Below, one piece after another: positions 51,637 through 64,000 of a stretch of DNA of 64,000 nt (position 1 is its first letter; each line of letters begins with the position of its first letter). Source of the DNA: Amphiscolops sp. MND2022 (Eukaryota). The stretch is taken from contig OZ076409.1 of assembly GCA_964187785.1 (NCBI GenBank), positions 96,598,001 to 96,662,000 on the forward strand, in the 5' to 3' direction. Under the pieces are notes generated by a model. The model did not search any database. It saw nothing but the letters and a program-made list of their open reading frames with translations, and had not been told where the DNA came from. The position numbers were made by a program, and so were the translations under genes.

Positions 51637-52001
51637 ATAGAAATAATTATTTTTCACTTTTTCAACTCAGGACTTTCTTTAGGAAACACCCAAAGGGAAA
51701 ATGCTTCAAAATAGCGGATATAGCGTGCTCGGCCACGAGCGAGCGCTTTTTTCGAACCTCGGTCATCTACTTAGTAAAGCGCAATATAGTTCGGATATAA
51801 CGTCAAAAGTTCGGATATAGCGCAATATTTTCGAACCTCCACCTTCTCTTCAGTGAAACGCAGCTTTATTTGCATATAAAGTGTGCGGAAAATTCGGATA
51901 TAGTGTGTTAAGCCACAGTGGCCACAGAAGTGTATGGCGAAAATCGTAAAAGTGGACAATTCTTGCCACCAATAGTCGTGCGCATTTTCTGCCCAATCGA
52001 T

Positions 52002-52405
52002 CAGAGTTGGCAAGTTTGAAAAAAAAGGTTTTTAACACAGCGGAAAAAAATATGATTGAAAGACGTGAAAAGAACAGATGTTTTTTTCGTTTGTTTGTGG
52101 TTGTACTAGAATGCCATCTAGTATGGTATATGCTCAGTTTGATGATATGGAGGACAATCTGGTTTCGGTGGTACCAAGTTCAGCTGGATTGGAGCGACAC
52201 TTTTCGACAATGGGGATGAGTTACGGGACTCTGAGAACCCGCCTGGGCGTCGAAAAGGCCCGAAAGCTGTGTTTTTTGTATAAACAACTGAATAAGTGAT
52301 GTGATCTGTAAAGATTGCGAAAAACATTTTTCGGAAAAAACATGTTTTCAAAAAAACAAAAAAACTGTTCAATTCACGAAAAAAACACAATTTCACCCAA
52401 ACCTG
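52002..52405 (+). mobile_element. hAT deletion derivative with dimerisation-domain remnant
   Basis: CAG...CTG ends; TSD CAATCGAT/CTATCGAT; peptide PSSAGLERHFSTMG...LRTRLGVEKARKLCFLY*. Confidence 0.75.
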
Positions 52406-52792
52406 CTATCGATCAATTTATTATGATCCGAGGAAAGCGAACACATCAAGTGCAAAATGACCAAAAACTGTTTGAAAGAAAAAACTTGCATTATAACTCA
52501 GATTTTTTACAGTAACAAAAATTTTAGAGAGCAGCCCGGTAGAAGTAAGTCGATTTTCGAAGAGCAGCAACAACAGAAGGTGAGAGTTTGGCGCAGCGTA
52601 TTCCACACGATGCCCGAATATCGCATCGATACACGATTTTTCACTCCAAGATCTTGGAAGTGAAATCTGACAGATTCTTGCAGAAAATGTATGGAAGTTC
52701 GACTGGGGTTCTATATTGAGCTGGGAACGACTGGTTCGGGAACACGAAAAAAATTGCGGTTCAATACACTGTACTGTTTGGTGTGTACTTAC

Positions 52793-53101
52793 TCAGACAG
52801 CACTTGAGACAACCCCGGGTGGCCTGTATCTTCTGGGTTTTGGCCAGTCCTATCCTGGATGAGATGTACTTGGCAACCACCTGTTTGCGCAGAGTCTGGT
52901 TGTTGGTGTACAAACCGGCCAGGTCGTGCTGGCACACGTAGGTCTTCCTAGTGCCAGAGATGGAGATGAGCTGGTTCTCGTGGATCTGCATCCACGTAGT
53001 CCTCGAGGAGTAGATCTGGGTCAGCTGGGGCTCCGAGAGGTACACCTGTTCAACGTCCAGACTGTAGACTCCCTGGTCACACGCAAACAGGATGTACTCC
53101 G
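52793..53101 (-). CDS. MAP4K3: MAP4K3/5-like exon (CNH)
   Basis: EYILFACDQGVYSL...TTWMQIHENQLISISG...KIQATRGCLKCC resembles QYLIFGAEEGIYTL...CTWLYVMNNCLLSISG...KIPETKWCQKCC; GTAAGT donor. Confidence 0.9.
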
Positions 53102-53198
53102 CTGAAAAACAAAAAATACATTGAAATTAAAAGAACTCTTTTCTCTGTTTGAAGAATAACAAGGAAATTAAAAGAACTCTTTTCTCTGTTTGAAGAAT

Positions 53199-53680
53199 AA
53201 CAAGCCGGGAGACCGGCCCAAGTCGGCGCCATATCTAAGGCTTAAAAATAGCAAAAGGACTTCAACATGTCAAAGTATTGATGAACTTGGAACCTTTTAT
53301 GAAAAAAAATTTTGGAAAAAAGTCTCACAATGCCGAAAAAAACTGTAAGGGACAACCCTTAGGGATTTTTCAACATCCATTCTGTTGCAAAACTCCAAAA
53401 AAATTGAAGGGGGCCCTTTGGTGGAAAAAATTTTGAAAAGTCGCACAGTGCCAAAAAAATCTAAAGGGGGGACGCTTGGTCTCGTCCGGTATTGTATGCT
53501 ACGCGGGAAACCTTTTCGGTTCAGTTCCTTGGGCCCACAGGTACAATTTGGCGTCTTCTCAAAATTTTGTAGAACTTTTGGTAGAACTATTTTGGTCACT
53601 TCAGGTGGTCTTAAAAAACACTGACGAAAAGCCATGACTATAGTCGACACTTTTCTTAAGGAAAGCGCCGACTAAAAAAA
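53199..53680 (-). mobile_element. H1 copy
   Basis: Reverse-complement H1 termini. Confidence 0.75.
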
Positions 53681-54051
53681 GGACCGTGTGTACTGAAACC
53701 GGTTTTCATGTTGGCACAAATACGAAATATTCACTTCAAAATTGTAATATTTGTAAACAAGACACTGAAAATCTTTCACTTTCTCTATCAGTCATCCTAT
53801 CATTACCTAATCAAATATTCAACAAAGAATGATCCAAACGTTCAGAAAACTTTGGAGTTTTTACCAGTCTTTTCGTTTACCATTTTGATGTGTGAAAGTT
53901 CTTTTGCTTCGAAGAATAGTTGTCAAAGTGAATGACTGACAAGTTGAAATCCATGTTGAGTTTTGAAACATTCGTTGAATTATTTAAAACTGAGAGCTCA
54001 AAAATTTGCGTGCGTTCCGATTTTCATGGTTCACCTAGTAGCAGTACTCAC

Positions 54052-54136
54052 TGTTGGTGTCAGGATTGACCCACGTGACTGCACAATAACTGGAGAAAGA
54101 CACGCTGTCGAACACTTTGGAGAACATGGCCCCCAT
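54052..54136 (-). CDS. MAP4K3: MAP4K3/5-like exon (start of CNH)
   Basis: MGAMFSKVFDSV..YCAVTWVNPDT resembles MGACFSKVFNGC..HCASSWINPDT; GTGAGT donor. Confidence 0.9.
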
Positions 54137-55712
54137 CTAAACATACACTCCGAGTCAGAGTTTTGACATCGCTAACTTTTTTGGATAATCGCTAAACCTC
54201 TAATTTCAAATTCGCTATTTCGCTGAAAAACTTTTCTTCAAACTATTAAGTGTTTGACTTCAAGTATCTTTCAAAATTGAATGATAACCTAATTTAGTTT
54301 TGCAAGAAAAACAGACTAGAATTTTTCATACTGTGCTAGTTAGTTTTACAAGGGTAAGAGTTGGAAATTTTCAATTTTCATTCAGGCTCGACATCGGTTG
54401 AAAATTTTGAAAAACATCAGGAGTTGAAGTTTCTTAGAACTTCACCTTGTTTACATTAGTATCAAAATTTCTGTGACAAAAATTGAGAAAGTTATAAATA
54501 GCTCATTTTGAGCAAAATAGGACTTTTTGCAGTTTTTCCAATTTTTGACCGTTTTATCCTGTTTCTTTTTGGAAACTTTCGATTAACGCTCACAAATCTA
54601 CTGAATCCATGGATGTATTTCGAAAATGATTAATATCAGGCTTAACCGGTAAATTTTCCTCAATTTACAAGAATCTCACTTTTGAAGAAAAAAGACTGAA
54701 TTTTTCAGATTGTGTTAGATAATACAATACAAAAGTTAGAAATTGCAAATTTTAGTAAATTTTAATTGAAATTTGAGTTTTTTCGAAAATTGAGTAACTT
54801 AGAATAAATTTTTTTGGATTTTTTTTCATTGGGAAACTTCCTATAATCTCCCGAACCCACTGAATTGTTTTGATCGAGAATTTTTTTCGAATCAGAAAAA
54901 ATACACTATATTTTGTGTCTATGAGCACTGAAGTACATGTATTAAGATAGGCTATAAGAATTGTATTTAGAAAATTGATGATTTTTATTTGAAATCGAAA
55001 AAGTTTTCCGATCAAATTATATCAGCATCCTCAGAAGATTTAGGGAAATGATTGACTGAAAATTTTTCAAAAATATATTTTCAACTTTGTGAAAATCCAG
55101 AAAAAGGACAAATTTGATTAAATTTTGGCAAAATTTACAATTTCTAACTTTTGTATTTTTCGTCACAAAAATTTCAAACAAACATTTTTGTAAACTAGAT
55201 GAAATTCTAAGAAACTTTCCTAGCTGACACTTTTTCGTATTTGTGACAGTTTTCAAGAAATTTGGATTTGAAATTCGCAATTTTAAGCATTGGAGTTGCG
55301 ATATTTTAGAACGCTACTGTATACATTAGGAATATTGATTTTGGACTTTCTATTATCGCTAATTAAATCGTTGAAAAATTCATGACCGATCGCTAATTCG
55401 CTATTTAGCTGAATTTTCAATTTCGAGATTTCGAGTCAAAAATAAAGCAAAAGTATGTACAGGGAAAAAAAGGAAACTATCCACCCGATAATAAACCAGA
55501 GCCGCATGTGCGGTAAAGGAGTCGGATTAGGCCTTTTTCCTTCTGACTCGCTCAAACCCCAGTCATACGATTTTGATGAAAATGCACACATAGGACCCTA
55601 ATATGGTGTGAATAGACTCCATAAAAACAAAAAAACGACACGATTGCATAAGTAGTCAAAAAAATTTTCCGACTCCTAAAAATAATGACATCAAGAAACA
55701 ACAAAGACTGAC

Positions 55713-55872
55713 CAGCACTTCGGGAATTTCGGGCTTGCGAGACACCTGTTTCTGTTTATCAGCAGATGCTGACGTCACCGGAGCACCAGAATCGTTTTCT
55801 GACTTGTGGGCCGCCGCGTTGTTCTCTGCATCGGACGAGTGGGAGGCCGAAAAACTGTAGCCGTTAGGTCTG
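55713..55872 (-). CDS. MAP4K3: MAP4K3/5-like linker exon
   Basis: Ends KPEIPEVL|GTCAGT in phase 0 before MGAMF (cf. PPTPKVH-MGACF); NAGNAG acceptor. Confidence 0.7.
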
Positions 55873-56341
55873 CTGTCGACAATCAACCAAGGTTGTTAAA
55901 CTTTTCAATTATCTTGCAAAAGTCGATTCATTCAGTTACTCATGAAATATACGGAGTAAAATTAATGTATAAAATTACAACATCGGTGGTAGGTTGAGTA
56001 GCCGAACGGTGATAATGCAGAATAAATTTACAGCAGAACCGCATTGAATTCTTAATTGTGATTGGTCGCTGCGTTCGACAGTTATACCTTATACAACTAA
56101 CTCTTCTTTAGCTATATGACGGCTTTGAGATTTTAGATCAAAATTGGTCATTTTCACAAGGCAGGGGTGCGGCTATTTCCAATTTGACAAAAAGCTTCCA
56201 TCGAAGCATGGCGCCTCTTTTCATTGGAATTTTATTTAATTTAGCCCAGAGATTTGACACCGCTGATCAGCGAAGCGAATTAACGGCTGCGCAGAATTTT
56301 TCAGCGATTCTATTAGCTATTCAAATTAGCGGCAATTAATA

Positions 56342-56999
56342 CAGTAGTGATTCTAGAAGAAGCAACATAGCACGCAGAAATAAAGCAAATAGACAAATAT
56401 CATTGGCTGATCAAGGTCTCACGCGCTCATTTCATTGGCCGAGAGTGATTTCCAAAGCATCAATTTTTAGTTTTTTGAACTTTTGACCCACTTACAATTT
56501 TTTGATTTCAAAATAATTTAGACAGAAAAATTCTCCCAAACATTTCGAATCTGAGAATATAATTTTTCCCGAAAATATTCTAAATTGTATTAGTATGAGC
56601 TTGTTTAAAGTTGACTAAATTCAAAATCAAATCTTAATACATGTATTTTTGAAAAGTCTAATTTTGCAGCGTAATTTTTCTACCATTTTAGGATGATTTC
56701 TGATTCAAAACATATCAAGGGCTTCACTTAAATCAGGGGAGTTGATTGCACATAAAATATATAAAATTTCAAACAAAAGTTGACTGAAAGTGAGAAAAAC
56801 CTCAATTTTAACCTAAATTTGGTTAAAAATGGTCTATCGTAACTTCTACAATTTTCATTGCATAACCTTCAAACAAACATTTGTAAACTAGATAAAAATC
56901 TAAGAAACTTTCACTTCTATAATTTTTCAAAAATCGCTGCTGTTTTAGAGATATTCGATTTTGAGATTTGCCTTTTGTTGCTTTTAGAAATCACTAATG
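56342..56999. mobile_element. CAGTAGTGAT MITE nested in another MITE
   Basis: Reverse copy of 30718-31373, inside 56247-57239. Confidence 0.7.
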
Positions 57000-58046
57000 T
57001 GGATTGTCCAAATTCAAAATTTTCTCGGAAAATACACGGAGTTTCAAAAGGAATTTCGAAAAAAATCCAACAATAAAATTGTTTTTGGCAGTTTTTTTTG
57101 CAAAATTGAATTAGTTATGGTTTATATTTAAACATTCTTGAATTCAAACATTTAATAGTTTGAAGAAAAGGTTTTTCAGCAAAAGAGCGATTTTGAAATT
57201 AGCGGTTTAGCGAAAAAAATTAACGATGTCAAAACTCTGATTCAGTAATCAAATACTCTACCAAAAATAGGCTCGCTTCATTCTCAATGAATTCGGCGTA
57301 CGAATGCATAATTACCATTCGCTTGTCCCATCGCACGAGAAGCGAATTGTTGTCGGCAGCTTGAGAAATTTAAATCTCACGCTTATACTCACTGCCGAAC
57401 AAAATATCCTAATTTTTCAGTAGATACTGGGAACCATACGAGAATTGAACTGGAGTTGGATAATTCAAATTTCAATAATATTCCTGCTATTGCAGAAATA
57501 ATAATACTTGATTTACTACAGACCAATTTTGACGTCGCTATTTTTTGCTAGTCACAAAACCGCTATTTCGCTGAAAAACTTTCTCCAAATTATTAAATGT
57601 TTGAATTCAAGAATGGTTTTAAAATAAACGATACATTGTAATAAAAAACTAGATTTTTTTATAAGGTGTGGGTCTTACGGAAGAAGAATTGGAATTTTGA
57701 AATTCATTTTGAACTCCTTGTAAGATCCGGAGGAAATTTTGAATTTGGACAATCTATTAGTTGCCGCTAATTGAATCGCTGAATAAATTCTGCGCGGCCG
57801 CTAATTGGCTGATTAGCGGTGTCAAATCTCTGGACTAAATAAAATAAAATTCCAACTGAAAGAGGCCATATCAGTTTTGTGTCATTCTGGTTGTCTTTTT
57901 GTCAAGTCGCGCCCTTGCCTTGTATAAACGACAAATGTTGATGTAGAATTTCAAAGCCGTCATTGTGTATGGTATTTTTGATTCCAAAGTGCAAATTTGA
58001 AGTGGCACATATTGTAATTTTACATGTATTGATAAACGTCAACAAC

Positions 58047-58275
58047 CTTGGGTCCAACTGCGGCGGCGCTTGCTGATTGCCGTGACTAGATTGTGGTGCC
58101 GAAGGGCACGAGTGGGAAGAGGGGGCTGCGGTCACGTGATCAGACGAGGAGCGGGAGGAGGGAGAAAAGCTACGAGGAGGTTTCGAGGGCACAGACTCAC
58201 TGCCCTCCGTGGCTGATGTCGTCATTTCATGACTACTCAATTCTTGGTTCTGGTTGTTGTACTGTGGCTGTGATC
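58047..58275 (-). CDS. MAP4K3: MAP4K3/5-like Pro/Ser-rich linker exon
   Basis: TTTCAG acceptor; open frame with VPSKPPRS; phases 1 and 2 fit neighbours. Confidence 0.7.
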
Positions 58276-58430
58276 CTGAAACAAAACATATAGTATAATC
58301 CTAGTATAAGGTTTTGTTATAAGGTGCTGTGACAGCACAGCTGGGTAACAAGAATTGGTGGCTCTTTTCTGAACCTGTAAATTCCCATGAAAATTTCAGA
58401 CTAGCCTCATTAGAAGTAAAACCTTATTTT

Positions 58431-58980
58431 AACAAGCCGGGAACGGCCCAAATCGACGCCATATCTAAGGCTCAAAAATAGCAAAAGGACTTCAAAGTGT
58501 CAAGTATTCTCTTCTACAGTACCCGCGTGAGGAAAAAACTGAAAAAAAACCGATTTTTTTTTCGAATTTTATTGGTCTTCGGTCAGTCGCATAGTGCCGA
58601 AAAATGTAAAAGAGGGCCCTTTAGAAGTTTTTGAACATCCATTCTTTTGCAAAATAGAAAAAAATGAAGGGTGGCCCTTTGGAGACATTAAAAAATTTGC
58701 GAAAAAGTCTCACAAAGCCGAAAAAACCTGCACAAAAAATTTTTGGCCAAGGGCGGGACTCGAACCCACGTCCTTCTGCTTGGCAGACCTCAAAAAGCCG
58801 CAACCTCTATCTCAAGTTCCAGTAGAAGTAGTGTGGCATTTAGTGTTAGTTCAAGTCAGCTTAAAAAGCTTATAAAATCTGTCACTTCGTTGGTCTTAAA
58901 AAAAGTCACTACTACGAAAAGCGCCGACTAAAAAAGTCACTGCTATAGTCTGCGTTTTCTACGAAAAGAGCCGACTAAAA
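58431..58980 (-). mobile_element. H1 copy with duplicated 5' end and a tRNA-like 3' half
   Basis: H1 termini; minus strand GTCTGCCAAGCAGAAGGACGTGGGTTCGAGTCCCGCCCTTGGCCA. Confidence 0.7.
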
Positions 58981-60873
58981 ATAGGCCCCTGCGGAGTACA
59001 GTATTATTTCTGCTTTTAGGCTTTCATCTTCAATAATAGAAGAAGCATATCTTATTTATATAGCGCACAACTATTTACTACCAGTTTACACCGCCTTTAA
59101 TTCTTCTCGGACTAAAGAAAATATAACTACTAAGCGTAGACGAAGTTTCGCATTCGCATTTGAATGCAGGCGAAGCTCTCGGCGAACGAATAATTAACAC
59201 TCATTCGCTTCATCTCAATAACTCAGCGTGCGAAAGCATAATTACGAACATCGCTCGCTTCATCTCAATGACGTCAGCGTACGAATGCATAATTACCACT
59301 CGCTCGTTCCATCGCACGAGAAACGAATTGTTGTCGGCAGCTTGATAAATTTAAACCTCACGCTTATACTCTCTGCCAAACAAAATATCTGAATTTTTAG
59401 TATCACAAATATTTTACTGAAAAAAGTTGAAATCTTGAGATTTCAATAATATTCCTGCTATCGCAGAAAAAATAATAATAACAGAAAGTTAACGTCTATC
59501 AGGATAGTTTTTTATTTTCCGACACATTTTATAAATGGAGGAGGAAAATCATGATCTGTGACGCGTTTTTTTTCCAAATTTTGCCAAATCTCCACAATCA
59601 CCTTTTGATTACTTGACTATTTTATATAGCTACTAGTAACTAAAATAGTCAAGTAACTAAAATAGGATACAGCGGGAAAAATATCTAAAGTCAAAAAAAG
59701 GGAATAAGATCTAAAGGGAATAAGATCTAAAATTTCAGGGCGGGAATAAGATCTAAAATCACTAAATTTTAGATCTTATTCTTTAGATCCTATTCCCTCC
59801 CTCCCAAAATAGCTATGGCTCAGTTGGTGAAGGCGAACAGGGCGGAAAATATCCCGGTACTTAGCGGGCGTCTTGTTGTTTAAACAAAACGTTTTTCACA
59901 CATATTGAATGCAATTATATTCAAATTAACTTTTCTGTGACTCAAAACTGAATAGTTTGTATCTCAATTCTAAACTGTCGCCCTGGAAATAAATTTTGAA
60001 ATAGAATGTCTTTGGTTTGTATTCGAGTGGTTTCATATTTTCACTTATTTTCCAAAAAATTTTGATGATGGGGGAACGTAAAAGAGTCCCTTTGATGTTT
60101 TTCTGTGCAACTATTTCCGAAAAGTTTCACTTGATCAAAGGGTACCCCCTTTACTTTTAAAATTTCTTTTCGGCTTGGAAAAAAGTGTTTTCCGACCTCA
60201 AAGGGTTTTTTGGCACTATGAGAATTTTATCCCAAAAGTTTGGTTTTACTGAGGTTTCGTTCGAGTTAGGGAAAAGCTCGTTTTGATTTTTTTGCACTGT
60301 AAATCTGGTGAAAATCTTCAGTGTCCCTTTGCATATTCAAAACACTTTGCTCTTTCTGAATGTTCAGCGTCGCGCCAAATTGGGCCGTTTCGCACATGCT
60401 ACTTCTGCCTCCGACTTTTTGTCTTTGTTACATATACAAGCTTGTTTTTCAAACACAGTCCAGACTCAACTAATTTCGTATTTTTAATACTTTCTCTCCT
60501 GATACATTAAATATTTTCTTTGAAGTCTCTTTCAGAATCAGGTATTTTCTTCCAAGAGCAGACAGTTTCTACGAACATCTTGCATAATCTTCTTCCATGC
60601 ATCTTCCAAAATAACAGATAGAAAACCGGTTTCCAAAAATTGCAGCTCTTACTTATGTGAAAACACACAGTATGAAAAAATCCAGCCTTTTTCCTTGAAA
60701 AAACTGAATGGAGTTATCATTTAATTTTAGAAAATACTTGAAGTCAAACATTCAATAAATTGAAGAAAAACCTTTTCAGCCAAATAGCGATTTTGAAATT
60801 AGCGTTTTACTGATTAGCGAAAAAATAGCGATGTCAAAACCTTGGTGGCCTGAAGATAGCATGTTTGACGCAC

Positions 60874-61259
60874 CTATGGCTCTAAGTGTGTGATCGTAAT
60901 CCAGGATTTCCATTTTGTCCTTGTTAGAACCACCACCACCACCACCACTGTTGCTGCTGTTCTGATGGACTGCTGCGTTTTGATTGGACGACGGCTGTTG
61001 GGCGTTTTTGATGGTAGTAGAAGCAGCAGTGCCACTGGGCTCGCGCTCCGAAGGCAGCGGAAACGGAAGCTGGGAGCAGTTGTTCTGACTACTGTCTGGG
61101 TGCCCCATGTACCGACTAGTAAGGCCGCCACTTGACTCCTTCATCGACTCTGATTTGGCCAGAGGAGCCGGCTTGTTCGGCGGAGGCACAGGTTGTTTCA
61201 ACGCCCCCTCAGACCTCTTCTGACCCCCTCTGTTTTCGTACACGGGTGCCGAAGCTGTC
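60874..61259 (-). CDS. MAP4K3: MAP4K3/5-like Pro-rich linker exon
   Basis: TTTCTAG acceptor; QPVPPPNKP motif; ATAG|GTGCGT donor in phase 1 matching the 58275 exon. Confidence 0.7.
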
Positions 61260-62764
61260 CTAGAAACACAGCTAAGTCGTTCTTTTGGAATATACAACCA
61301 ACAGAAGAATGGGGTCCAAAAACTAGATTGCAAAAGATGAATGCCAGGCATATCAAGATAAAACACAGAGGCGAAGCCGTGCTTCGCAAAAGTAGTATGA
61401 AAAGTGTGTAGCACGGACCACTTTTTGCACCGATTGATTTTCCCTACCGCCGGCCTTTCAACAGAGGGGGGGGTCATTGCAGTTCAACTTTTAGGACCCC
61501 TTCAAAAATGGCAGCTGGGTGGGGTCCTAATTTAAGAATCTCGATATTTCAGCTGAGCTTATGCGAGCCATGTGTTTGCTTTGAGTGAGTTGAATTCTCA
61601 AGTGTTTTTTGTTTACAATTGTCAAGTGGTTTTGACTTGGCAAGTCAGTAAAGTGTTTGTGTTTAATAAATAGCGGCGGTGAATATTCTTTCATGGTGAA
61701 TGCCAACCCCCGGTATTCTTGTCAGAGCAGAAATCAAAAAGGAATGCTCTGCAACTGATTTACAGCAACTTTTGATTATCTGGATTGAGATTCAGACTCC
61801 ATTTTCTGAATACCTCTGTGGATTACAACAGCTCGGTAAGTTGAATATTTTATATTTTAGAAATAAAAATGAACTTTGAAAGCTTGATTTTGGAAACTTG
61901 AAAAATGATGGGAATTTTAATTTTTTGATAGGATCATAACCAAAGTTTCAATATTGTCAACACCCTGAACTGTTTCAGCATGCTGGAAAGTGTGATGTAA
62001 ACATTGACAATCCGAGAAGTATCTATTCCAGAACCTCTTTACAACACCCCAGAGCCATCTGAAACGTCACATCTTTGTAAGTTGAACATTTTACATTTCT
62101 TTGTAAACGTTTTGAACATTTTACATTTCTTTGTAAACGTTTTGATATTGACTGGAATTTTAGAGTGGTTAGGATCGCAAGCATTTTTCTACAGTATTCA
62201 TAGAACAATCTGTTTTAGCAAACAACACACTGAAAGCAGTGATGAACACTGAAGCAGTCTTTCTTCCAAAACGTTTTCACAACACTTCTACGGTTGGAGT
62301 TTATCCATTCCATGACTAGTTCAACAACAACCGACAGAAGTCATTGGAGAAAATATCAATAACGATCAGTCTGGACTGAATGAAATCAGCAGAATTATTT
62401 GAAGTTTAATCAGCCAATTCAGTTGAGTTGACCAAAAACTGAAACTTTATTTTTTCAATTTCTAAAACTTAAAAGTTTATTTGAAATATCCCACACACAC
62501 AAAGTAGAAAACCTTTTCCAGTAAAATATGTTTACAGTTACTTCCAAAATATGTTGGTTTTGTCTGAATAAATACGGATTCTATTATGTCCTAATTGAAA
62601 AATAATGTTTGATATATCCGATAATTCGGTTCATTTCTGCTCTTCAAAATTTGTTTTTGACTAAAATTAATAGGAAACCTATTATGTCCTATTGAAAATT
62701 CGTTTAATATATCTGATAATTTGCTTTTTCCGCGTGTTATCTTTTGGTTGTGACTGAATAAATA

Positions 62765-64000
62765 AGGGATAAGTTCTGCCGGCTTGAAAAATTGATTATA
62801 TCCAGCATTTTTGCTTTTTAAATGTCTTTAACTCTCAAAATGGCTTACTTTAGTGTACTTCCATAGGGGATAAGTTCTGTCGGTTTGAAAAACTGTTGAT
62901 TATATCCAGCATTTTTGCTTTTTAAATGTCTTTAACTCTCAAAATGGCTTACTTTAGTGTACTTCCATAGGGGATAAGTTCTGTCGGTTTGAAAAATTGT
63001 TGATTATATCCAGCATTTTTGCTTTTTAAATGTCTTTAACTCTCAAAATGGCTTACTTTAGTGTACTTCCATAGGGGATAAGTTCTGTCGGTTTGAAAAA
63101 CTGTTGATTATATCCAGCATTTTTGCTTTTTAATTGTCTTTAGCTGTCAAAATGGCTTACTTTAGTGTACTTCCATAGGGGATAAGTTCTGTCGGTTTGA
63201 AAAACTGTTGATTATATCCAGCATTTTTGCTTTTTAAATGTCTTTAACTCTCAAAATGGCTTACTTTAGTGTACTTCCATAGGGGATAAGTTCTGTCGGT
63301 TTGAAAAACTGTTGATTATGTCTAGCATTTTTGCTTTTCAAATGTCTTTAACTCTCAAAATGGCTTACTTTAGTGTACTTCCATAGGGGATAAGTTCTGT
63401 CGGTTTGAAAAATTGTTGAATATATCCAGCATTTTTGCTTTTAAATGTCTTTAACTCTCAAAATGGCTCACTTTAGTGTACTTCCATAGGGGATAAGTTC
63501 TGTCGGTTTGAAAAACTGTTGATTATGTCCAGCATTTTTGCTTTTTAATTGTCTTTAGCTGTCAAAATGGCTCACTTTAGTGTACTTCCATAGGGGATAA
63601 GTTCTGTCGGTTTGAAAAATTGTTGATTATGTCTAGCATTTTTGCTTTTCAAATGTCTTTAACTCTCAAAATGGCTTACTTTAGTGTACTTCCATAGGGG
63701 ATAAGTTCTGTCGGTTTGAAAAATTGTTGAATATATCCAGCATTTTTGCTTTTCAAATGTCTTTAACTCTCAAAATGGCTTACTTTAGTGTACTTCCATA
63801 GGGGATAAGTTCTGTCGGTTTGAAAAACTGTTGATTATATCCAGCATTTTTGCTTTTTAAATGTCTTTAACTCTCAAAATGGCTTACTTTAGTGTACTTC
63901 CATAGGGGATAAGTTCTGTCGGTTTGAAAAACTGTTGATTATGTCTAGCATTTTTGCTTTTCAAATGTCTTTAACTCTCAAAATGGCTTACTTTAGTGTA
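62765..64000 (+). repeat. 104-bp satellite, ~12 units, runs off the window
   Basis: TAAGTTCTGTCGG recurs at 62871, 62975, 63079, 63183, 63287, 63391, 63494, 63598, 63702, 63806 and 63910. Confidence 0.97.

Noticed and set aside
60775..60873. MITE terminus supplying the kinase exon's splice donor (AAG|GTTTTG at 60840)
   Set aside because: A stronger in-phase donor ATAG|GTGCGT at 60873 explains the exon.
62765..64000. CRISPR array or coding repeat
   Set aside because: Whole 104-bp units repeat with no unique spacers, and there is no long ORF.

Overview
AT-rich, repeat-dense eukaryotic (animal-like) DNA; the species cannot be fixed from the sequence. Left half: a 14.6 kb Ty3/gypsy LTR retrotransposon (4233-18837, ~2.2 kb LTRs) and a 5.9 kb Mag-type gypsy element (22207-28104), both decayed and both apparently inside introns of a weakly supported minus-strand host gene. 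Right half: 12 minus-strand exons of a MAP4K3/5 (GCK-I/happyhour)-like gene (linker plus CNH domain; kinase exons presumably beyond 64000). Its introns hold hAT-type MITEs, Helentron/DINE-1-like elements (some carrying tRNA-like modules) and, probably, a 104-bp satellite. The most unusual object is the ~4 kb accessory region of the big LTR element. It holds an antisense, intron-containing gene whose product reads like a zinc-finger hAT transposase without catalytic residues, back to back with a sense ORF running into the 3' LTR, while the LTRs carry a same-orientation CGGCCTG motif cluster. All homology calls are by-eye motif recognition, not database results.
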